A DNA stretch of 64,000 bases. It comes from the human T2T-CHM13v2.0 reference genome, Homo sapiens. Shown piece by piece: positions 53,040-64,000 of the stretch. The stretch lies in NCBI RefSeq assembly GCF_009914755.1, contig NC_060932.1. One strand, written 5' to 3'. Position 1 is the first letter of the stretch; each line of letters begins with the position of its first letter. Below the pieces are notes generated by a model. That model did not search any database. It had not been told where the DNA came from and worked only from the letters and a program-made list of their open reading frames with translations. A program made the position numbers and the translations under genes.

Positions 53040-53600
53040 ACATGTGACAGCTGCGCAGGCCTGGGCCCGGCGTGGCAGAGGTGCGCGAGAGCGGCCAGAA
53101 GAGGGCGCCAGAGAGCCAGGCGCGGCCCGCGGAGGAGCCCGGGCCGGCCCCGATACCCAGCTCCGCGCCGCGCGGACCCACCGAGCCCGTGCTCAGACGC
53201 CCCAGCTCCGCCGAGAAGCCGCTTGAGCCGGGTCCTTCTTCTTCCCCAAGTTCAGGCAGAGCCCGCGGAGCCATGGCCAGCCCTTCCAGCAGCTCCGAAG
53301 CCACTGGCAAGCCCCGAGGCAGGGATGGCAGTCCCAGGATGGGGGAGGAGGAAGTCCCTCCCGAAGAGAAGAGGCTGGGGCTGTAGCTGGAGGGGGGAAG
53401 CGCACAGCCCGAGGACTGCGAGGACGGGGAGGACCCGCCGCTGCCGGGCAGGAGGGAGACCGGCACCCAGACAGGTGGCGACGGCAAAGGAGTAAGTGAT
53501 GCGGGCGCGGGGGTCCGGGAGTGCCGGGGGCTCGGGGGTGCCGGGGACGCGACGAAGGGGCGTCGGGAGGCTCCGTGGCCGTCCCCGGGTTGAAGTTGGG
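53040..53600 (+). promoter_or_regulatory. CpG island, duplication copy 1
   Basis: High GC and CpG density around a candidate first exon. Confidence 0.75.
53273..53491 (+). pseudogene. Disabled 219-nt first coding exon (MASPSSSSEATGKPRGRDG...PPEEKRLGL*LEGG...GDGKG)
   Basis: Kozak gccATGg at 53273, in-frame TAG at 53384, phase-0 donor GGA|gtaagt at 53492. Confidence 0.55.
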
Positions 53601-54282
53601 AGTGCAGCCTTCATTCTGAACCCATTTAGGCAGCATGGGCAGCCCTCCTCGCCGTGGGCGGCATCAGAGCCCCCCTGCCCAGTCTTGGGGTTGCTCCTGG
53701 ATGCTGTCTGGGAGGCTTGCTCATGGTGACATCCTCATCTCCCCGTCCACGTTACCGCATTCAGAGCTTGGGTCACCTGGACACTGAACTCAGGTGAATT
53801 TTCTCTGAGATCCCGGGAGAAGGAGGACAGTTCTTTGGAAGGTTTTCCAGGGCCGATCACGGAAAGGATGAGAAGGGAGAGGTCCTGGTCGGGGACACAA
53901 TTACGGTGGCAGTGTAACGCCGGGAAACTTTATTGCATGAAGTCCCTCTCACTCCCTCTACCTCCCTCTTTTACGTGGACTCTGCCAAAGACCAGGATAC
54001 CAGAATGCGGTGGAGTGACCAAGTGTAGTGAGACCTTGGGAATGTGATTTTGGAGCCAGGCGGCTGGGGTTTGCATCCTGGTTCTGCCCCTCCTTAGCTG
54101 GCTGACATGGCACAAGCCACTTACCCTCTCTGAGCCTTACTGTCTTCAGTGGCAAATGGATCTGTCAACAGGCTCCATTGCCTGGGGTTGTTGCTGCTGA
54201 GATTAAGGGAAGCTCGTCCATAGAAGCACTTAGCGTTGTGCCTGGCACATAGTGTATGGTGGATAAGTGGGACTTAGGACTA

Positions 54283-54655
<373 letters not shown>

Positions 54656-55974
54656 GGAAAAGAGAGAGAGAGAGACAGACAGACCCACAAGAGTCTTAAG
54701 CCAGAATCTCCATGTTAAAATGCTTTCTGGAGGCTAAAAGGATGATATGTTGATAATGAAATGTTTAAAAGGCAGAAACCCCACTGAATTGTTTGGTCCA
54801 CAGAGGGAAATGGGAATAGCATGACCTGAAGGATGATGGAGGAACTGAACAGAAACCATCCTTGTTTCCTGAATCTGAACATGGCACGCTCTTTTCACGG
54901 TGCCTGTATCTGCTCAGTCCGGCAGCCCCTTGAAAAGAGGGAATCCTGATTTGCAAACTTAAAATTTGGCCCAAAGCTCACTGCTGCCCACAATGCCCGC
55001 CAGACACATTCCTCTTCCCTTTTAGTTCCTATGGGAATACTCTCTTTGAAGAACCCATGAAGCAGTGTCAGGCTGGTACGAGGATCAGCAGTGATTTCTT
55101 TGAGGAGGAGAGCCCGTTTCTTCACTCACAGGCCATGTCTGAGTGGATCAAGAAGAACAGAGTGCCCTTTTATGAGATTTTGTCTGCGTAGACCACTAGC
55201 TTGGTAAAAATGTCAAAACCATCCTCGTTCTTTAATAACAGATTATTTTGGACTTTTCTCTGCAAGAAGCAGCATGGGCATTCAGATGCTTTTAAGGATA
55301 AAATGTTCTTTCTCATCACCAGGCCTGGTGCTCTGGATGGCTGAGGTTTTAATGTGACTGGATGTCCCTTGGAGTGGCTCCCAGGCTGTGCTCTTGTGGT
55401 TGGGTGGCAAGCGGTTGCTTTATTCGGTGGTGGCTAGAGGATGTTTTAGCAGATTAATCGGGACCCCAGGAGCCCTTGAGTGTCAAGTCCTGCTGCAGGG
55501 CATGTGTTTATGGTGGGGAGGTGGGGGAGGGTGGAGGGGGGGGCATTGATTTCCTCCCAATATCAGAAGTTTCACAGGCTTCTTGTTTATCCACAAACAC
55601 CCACCCCATTGAGAAGGCCTAGAAAATCTGCCCCTCCTCAAGCCTTTATTGACCACTTGTGAATGATCCCAGTGTGTGTCTGACCCACAGCTCCTCCTGG
55701 AGGGAGAGAAAAGTCTCTCCTAGGTATTTGGTTGTCCACCTCAACCACTTGCTGAGTCTTCCGCAAGACCAGGCACCTCGGCAGAGATTTCTGGGTTGTC
55801 AGGCAGAACCGAGCATTCAAGGGTGATAACTCACTGGAGTCCCTGAAATCCCTGATGGACGCACCAGGTAAAAGCATCCAGGGTTGAAACCAGATCAGGA
55901 AGGTTATTGTCAGCCTGGGGCTCCTGTAGAGGTGCATCCACGTTGCAGGGATTTTCCTTCTTGCTGAGGAGAAA

Positions 55975-56208
55975 CCTGGGTTTCTCAGCTTTGGCACAGT
56001 CAGAATATTTGTGGTGAGACCATTCGTGGTGCTGGTGGTGGGGCTGTCCTGTGTATTGAAGGATGGTTAGCAGCATCTGTGGTCTCCATCCTCTAGGTGC
56101 CATTCTACCCTCCCTGCTATGGCTACCCCAGACGTCTCCAGATGGTTTCAAATAATGTGGGGCAAGGGAGCGGTACGTGAGCAAAACCACCCCAGTTGAG
56201 AGCCATTG
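55975..56208 (-). mobile_element. MER20 DNA transposon fossil (paralog ~62962-63192)
   Basis: Ends GGGTTTCTCAGC / GTTGAGAGCCATTG and internal CTGTCCTGTGTATTG..GGATG.TTAGCAGCATC match MER20 as recalled. Confidence 0.7.
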
Positions 56209-56394
56209 GTCCACACTTGTATAAATGTTTGAGGGTGAGAGTGTCGAGCTTGGGTCCCTGCTGTACCCTTTATGAGCAATGCGGTCTTGGAAAATTAATA
56301 CTACTCCAGGGGCCTCAGTTTTCTCATCTATAAAATGGAGATAAATGAGATACACTTTGATAGGAAGGTTATATGGGATTCACCGAGATAATAA

Positions 56395-56726
<332 letters not shown>

Positions 56727-59149
56727 AAACATAAACTTACTTTCTTACCTCTTCTGCTGAACTCTATTTGCTTCTTTTCCCATACGTCTTTATCCAGAAG
56801 AGCTTTTAGCAACAAAGTTACCCAATGCCCTTCCCTAGTCTCTCCTTGCAACTGGCTCTCAGCAGGGGGTGGGAGGAAATTCTTGACAGAACCAATTTAC
56901 ATGACTGTTTTGGGGACCCATTCTAGTCCCAGGAGGTGTTTGCACTTTTAAATTGGTTACTAGTGTCAGAATGTTTCATGAGTAAGAGCCCAGGCTCTAT
57001 GTCGGATGCCCTGAATTTGAATCTCAGCATTGCCGCTTTGTATATAACCAGAGGGGATGGATTTGGGGACCCAATGGACCTACCGTGACATGAACTTGCA
57101 CCAACATTCACCTGACCTCCAAAATGCCTATTCTGACTGGTAGAACCTAGTCTCGCCCTAGTGCCAGTTCAGAGCCTGTGTCCAGTGATCCTGCACAGGT
57201 CTCATTAGTTCCTTTTCTCCTGTTCAGTCATCCTGGTGAAAGGCTGTGTATTCCCTTGGGGGCAGGTTGGGAGAAAGACTGACAGTATAAATTTTTGGCA
57301 GTGGAGCAGAGTCCTTTCTGGAGGGGACCTGGCTTCTCATTCAGACAAGGGACTCCAGGTCTGTGAACTGGCTTATGTCTGGAAATTGACTGGGGACTGT
57401 GACTCTGTTTTTATGATTCAGATTAGACTTCTGCTCACTTGACCTAGAGCTCTTCTGCAAACACAGATCAAGTGAAATGTGGCAGGCTTCTTATCTATTT
57501 CACTTCTAGGAAAGCCACGATCAGCAGGCACCATAGGTCGCTGGGAGTCAGGCTATTCTGGTTGCAGCTTTGACTCTGCTGTCTTTTATGATAACTGCAT
57601 CTACCTTGCCTTTGGGGATTGAGTGCTCTGATCACTTGGCCCCAGCCCCTGTAGTGTGCGTATGTCACTTACCCTCTTTATACCTCAGTCTCCTCCTCTA
57701 TAAAATGGGCATCCTCATTGCACCCACCCCCAGGGCTGCTGTGAGTATAGATGCATTAGCATATGGAAAGTAATAGAAGAGGGTCTCAAAGTCCATGTGT
57801 CGTTATCAGAATTATTTCATGATGGGGAGAGCTGGAGGAGAGAGGAAGGTGCTGAGCAGACCCACGTGCTCTCCCACCAGTGTTTCCTGAGCACCTACTA
57901 TGTGCTGCCCACTGTGAGAGCTGTTAGGGTTGAAATAGGGAGCACAGCAGGGTAGGGGCTGCCATCAGGAGCTTAGTGGGGAGACCATTGTGCAACCTGG
58001 TTCCAGCGCTTGGGGTGGGGAAGCTCAGGGAGTTCAGGGGCCTAGGATCCAGGGCAGAATCATGGAAAGGACATAACCTCCCCAGCCTCTCCTGCCTCCA
58101 TTGCCTCCCTGGCCTCCTCTGCTTCCCTGGCCTCTCCTACCTTCCTGGCTTCCCCTTCCACCCCGGCCTCCCCAGTCTCCCCTGTCTCTCCTGCTTTTGA
58201 GGTGGGCCAGGAGCTGCTAGTGCTCACTTAGCCTGTCCTGGGCTCTTGGTGTAGCACCTCAATGTCCAGAAAATACCCCCGAGTTCAGCTCATCACACAG
58301 TCAAGGAAGGAGCTCCACACTGACACTAAGGGTGCATCCTGGGCTCATTCATCAGGGCATGCCTCCAAAATATTTCTCCACGTCTCCTCCCTTTGCCCAC
58401 CTGCATTGTCTCTGTGCCTGAGCCCCGGCTGGGGGCCTGCAAGGATCCCCTATCTCCTCTGCCCCTGCACAGCTGGGTCCCAGTCAATCTGTCTGCCCAC
58501 CACACCTTCCTCCCCTTGCCCACCATGCTCCAACCCCACAGTCCTCTTTCTGCTTCTTTCCCAGCCTCTGGGCTTTTGCACACGCTGTTCCCTCTGCCTG
58601 AACACCCTCCACTGGGCTGAGAACAACTCTCCGAGACCTCTCTCAGCTGTTGCTTCCTTTGGAACAGCCGCTGCTGCTGTCACTTTCCCAGCTCCAAGAC
58701 CTGCTGAGCCTCCTGTCTTTTTCAGTTCCCATGCCCCCAGCACTTCTCCTTGGCCTCCTTTGGCCCAATTGACAATGTCCATTCTCAATGCCTTCCCACC
58801 CAGCGCTGAGCCCCACTGGGTGAAGGCAATGCCTGTCATGTTCTCCACAATATCCCCTCCCCCATCACCACACCTGGTCCACAGTGATGCTCAAAAAAGG
58901 TCTGTTGGTAGGCAATGGGAAGGTGCATTCATGTCATCCTGCAGGCGGAATTCTCCACGAGTTTTGAGCAGCCTCGGGTTTCCCACCACCTCCAAATCAT
59001 GGAAGACACACGGTAAGAGCAAAGACAAGGTGGCTGTGGCCGATGTCCACCCTCTCGGGGCTTCCCTTCTCTTCTCTCCTCCTTGGGCAGGGAGACCATC
59101 GGGGTGCAACCTGGCTGGGGTGGGGAGGAGGTGCAGGGCCTGGCCAGAG

Positions 59150-60110
59150 CGGGTCTGGCCACAGGCAGGGGACAGCGACTGCCTGGGCGGGGGCAGGTGA
59201 GTGCAGCGCAGGCCAGGGCCCGGCTTCTCCGCGGTGCGCGCGAGCGGCCAGCAGAGGGCGCGAGAGCCAGGAGCGGCCCGCGTAGGAGCCCGAGCCGGCC
59301 GCTATGCCCAGCCCCTCTCCGGGCGGACCCACCGAGCCCGCGCTCAGACGCCCCAGCTCCGCCGAGAGGCCGCTCGCGCCGTATCCTTCCTCTTCTCCAG
59401 GTGCAGGCAGAGCCCCCCAGCCGTGGCCAGCCCTTCCGGCAGCTCCGAAGCCACTGGCAAGCCCCGAGGCAGGGATGGCCGGCCCAGGAGGGAGGAGGAC
59501 GACGTCCCTCCCGAAGAGAAGAGGCTGCGGCTGTAGCTGGAGGGGGGAAGCGCAGAACCCGAGGACTGCGAGGACGGGGAGGACGCGCCGCGGCCAGGCA
59601 GGGAGGAGACCGGCACCCAGACAGGTGGCGAAGGCAGAGGAGTAAGTGACGCGGGCGCCGGGGTCCGGGGGTGCCGGGGGCGCCGGTAGGGGCGGCGGGA
59701 GGCTCAGTGGCCGGCCCCGGGTTGAAGTTGGTATTTTAGCGGCAACTCCGAAGGGCGCGGAGTGACAGCGCGTGACGGCCTCCGAGACGCCAGCTGCCGC
59801 TTCTCGGCTGTGTGGCTTTGACTTCCTGATTCTCCCACGACGTCCCTGGCTGGGAGACCCGCTGGACTCTGCGGCTGGCCAAAAAGAGAGGGGCAGCCCC
59901 GCGTCCTGGGGGCCCCTAGCAGGGGAAGTGGCGGGTGTTGCGCTGGGCATCCTGTCTGGGGCATCTGTCTGGGACCCTGTCGGTGCCTCTCACCTGGCGA
60001 GGGGCCTGTGGTGGGGGTAGGGGGGAAGTCCCTGGCGCCAGGCTTGGCCAAGCCCTGCTCTGCTGGACTGCGGGCTGGCGGCGCTTACCCAGCTCCTCAC
60101 CCGTCCCGCA
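59150..60110 (+). promoter_or_regulatory. CpG island, duplication copy 2 (longer)
   Basis: High GC and CpG density. Confidence 0.75.
59423..59641 (+). pseudogene. Paralogous disabled 219-nt exon (start codon is GTG here; TAG at 59534)
   Basis: VASPSGSSEATGKPRGRDGRPRREEDDVPPEEKRLRL*LEGG...GEGRG|gtaagt. Confidence 0.55.
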
Positions 60111-61290
60111 TCTTCCTGTTTTTCTTCCCTTTCTGGTTGGGCAGCAAGAGTTGAGAGGAGGCAGATGGCTTCCACCCCAGAAATCGCTCTCCTCTTTCCA
60201 TCCCTACAGAGAGGGACAGAGAGGCAAAGTTCCTTGCATCCCCGGGGCGCTGTCCCTGTGAGCTCCCGGTGTCCTGCAAACGTTGGCCCCTGAATCACCG
60301 GGCCAGTGTGTGTGGGATGGGGCTGCATAGCCAGGCTGGCCTCCTGGGGTTCACTTTCGGCTTTCCTACCCCAACTCTTCCTGTGTGGCTTTGCTGGCCT
60401 TCCACTGCGGAGGCATGTGGGTTTGGAGGGCAGATGAGGGCCCGCTGGAGAACTGTACCCCTCAGTGAGGGCCGCCACCTTGATGGTTTTTAATGGATAA
60501 TGGGGTTGACCTCTTTGTTCCTTCCACATGTTTTTATGTTTGACCATTTGCTCAGCTGAGCTTGTTTTAATAATTGGATTCATGGTTAATGAGCCCCACA
60601 TGGGAGAGAGGGCGGTCTTCATTCTGAACCCATTTAGGCAGCATGGGCAGCCCTCCTCGCCGTGGGCGGCATCAGAGCCCCCCTGCCCAGTCTTGGGGTT
60701 GCTCCTGGATGCTGTCTGGGAGGCTTGCTCATGGTGACATCCTCTTCTCCCCGTCCACGTTACCGCATTCAGAGCTTGGGTCACCTGGACACTGAACTCA
60801 GGTGAATTTTCTCTGAGATCCCGGGAGAAGGAGGACAGTTCTTTGGAAGGTTTTCCAGGGCCGATCACGGAAAGGATGAGAAGGGAGAGGTCCTGGTTGG
60901 GGACACAATTACGGTGGCAGTGTAACGCCGGGAAACTTTATTGCATGAAGTCCCTCTCACTCCCTCTACCTCCCTCTTTTACGTGGACTCTGCCAAAGAC
61001 CAGGATTCCAGAATGCGGTGGAGTGACCAAGTGTAGTGAGACCTTTGGAACGCGATTCTGGAGCCAGGCGGCTGGGGTTTGCATCCTGGTTCTGCCCCTC
61101 CTTAGCTGGCTGACATGGCACAAGCCACTTACCCTCTCTGAGCCTTACTGTCTTCAGTGGCAAATGGATCTGTCAACAGGCTCCATTGCCTGGGGTTGTT
61201 GCTGCTGAGATTAAGGGAAGCTCGTCCATAGAAGCACTTAGCGTTGTGCCTGGCACATAGTGTATGGTGGATAAGTGGGACTTAGGACTA

Positions 61291-61698
<408 letters not shown>

Positions 61699-63348
61699 TT
61701 AAAATGCTTTCTGGAGGCTAAAAGGATGATATGTTGATAATGAAATGTTTAAAAGGCAGAAACCCCACTGAATTGTTTGGTCCACAGAGGGAAATGGGAA
61801 TCGCATGACCTGAAGGATGATGGAGGAACTGAACAGAAACCATCCTTGTTTCCTGAATCTGAACATGGCACCCTCTTTTCACGGTGCCTGTATCTGCTCA
61901 GTCCGGCGGCCCCTTGAAAAGAGGGAATCTTGATTTTCAAACTTAAAATTTGGCCCAAAGCCCACTGCTGCCCACAATGCCCGCCAGACACATTCCTCTT
62001 CCCTTTTAGTTCCTATGGGAATACTCTCTTTGAAGAACCCATGAAGCAGTGTCAGGCTGGTGTGAGGATCAGCAGTGATTTCTTTGAGGAGGAGAGCCCG
62101 TTTCTTCACTCACAGGCCATGTCTGAGTGGATCAAGAAGAACAGAGTGCCCTTTTATGAGATTTTGTCTGCGTAGACCACTAGCTTGGTAAAAATGTCAA
62201 AACCATCCTCGTTCTTTAATAACAGATTATTTTGGACTTTTCTCTGCAAGAAGCAGCATGGGCATTCAGATGCTTTTAAGGATAAAATGTTCTTTCTCAT
62301 CACCAGGCCTGGTGTTCTGGATGGCTGAGGTTTTAATGTGACTTGGTGTCCCTTGGAGTTGCTTCCAGGCAGTGCTCTTGTGGTTGGGTCGCAAGGGGTT
62401 GCTTTATTCGGTGGTGGCTAGAGGATGTTTTAGCAGATAAATCGGGACCCCAGGAGCCCCTGAGTGTCAAGTCCTGCTACAGGGCATGTGTTTATGGTGG
62501 GGAGGTGGGGGTGGGGGTGGAGGATGGGGGCATTGATTTCCTCCCAATATCAGAAGTTTCACAGGCTTCTTGTGTATCCACAAACACCCACCCCATTGAG
62601 AAGTCCTAGAAAATCTGCCCCTCCCCAAGCCTTTATTGACCGCTTGTGAATGATACCAGGGTGTGTCTGACCCACAGCTCCTGCTGGAGAGAGAGAAAAG
62701 TCTCTCCTAGGTATTTGGTTGTCAACCTCAACCGCTTGCTGAGCCTTCCCCAAGACCAGGCACCTTGGCAGAGATTTCTGGGTTGTCAGGCAGAACCGAG
62801 CATTCGAGGGTGATAACTCACTGGAGTCCCTGAAATCCCTGATGGATGCACCAGGTAAAAGCATCCAGGGTTGAAACCAGATCAGGAAGGTTATTGTCAG
62901 CCTGGGGCTCCTGTAGAGGTGCATCCACATTGCAGGTATTTTCCTTCTTGCTGAGGAGAAACCTGGATTTCTCAGCTTTGGCACCGTCACAACATTTGGG
63001 GTGAGACCATTCGTGGTGGTGGTGGGGGGGCATCCTGTGTATTGTAGGACGGTTAGCAGCATCTGTGGTCTCCATCCTCTAGGTGCCATTCTACCCTCCC
63101 AGTTATGGCTACCCCAGATGTCTCCAGATGATTTCAATGCTGTGGGGCAAGGGAGTGGTATGTGAGCAAAACCACCCCAGTTGAGAGCCATTGGTCTACA
63201 CTTGTATAAATGTTTGAGGGTGAGAGTGTCGACCTTGGGTCCCTGCTGTACCCTTTATGAGCAATGCTGTCTTGGAAAGTTAATAGTACTCCAGGGGCCT
63301 CAGTTTTCTCATCTATAAAATGGAGATAAATGAGATACACTTTCATAG

Positions 63349-63726
<378 letters not shown>

Positions 63727-64000
63727 TAACACAGACAAAGCACAAAATACGTGGACAATATCTTTTTACATTTGGCTTGTCTAGACTCCATCCTCCATCC
63801 CCTCGTGCACTGGTGTGGTGCAGACCAGAATATCGCTCACCTAGACTGCAGAGTGGATTTGGGTGGCATCTTGGCTTTCTGCACAAGACTTGCCTGCTCC
63901 CCACCACATCCCCCTGGTTCTCAGGGTTCAGGATTCCAGGAGGCCGGGATGTGGGTAGGCAGGTCAGGTGGCCCACCCAGTTCACTCTCACACTGGGGAC

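Noticed and set aside
52109-53487. Long ORFs of 250-317 aa (also 58262-59950, 59990-60868)
   Set aside because: Low-complexity products of GC-rich sequence; the overlapping long frames end differently in the two duplicates and show no domain motifs.

Overview
Primate (very probably human) segmental-duplication DNA resembling the 8p23.1 OR7E/FAM90A region; this placement comes from recognised sequence, not alignment. Bases 1-27.6k are about 3.6 near-identical tandem units (period 7646, then 7651 bp). Each unit carries a minus-strand, four-coding-exon FAM90A gene (464 aa, CCHC zinc knuckle), a TATA promoter with DUX4-type motifs, and a HERV-K(HML-2) LTR5 solo LTR. The array ends inside a diverged, truncated LTR5 fused to SATR-type satellite. 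Beyond it lie an LTR-less HERV-E gag-pro-pol fragment, more satellite, an OR7E pseudogene, Alu/L1 debris, an independent LTR5 solo LTR, a 5' VPS51 processed-pseudogene fragment and an LTR12 solo LTR. The last part is a 6.2-7 kb tandem duplication joined by a chimeric Alu; each copy holds a CpG island with a disabled 219-nt first coding exon. Most short ORFs in the supplied track are spurious.
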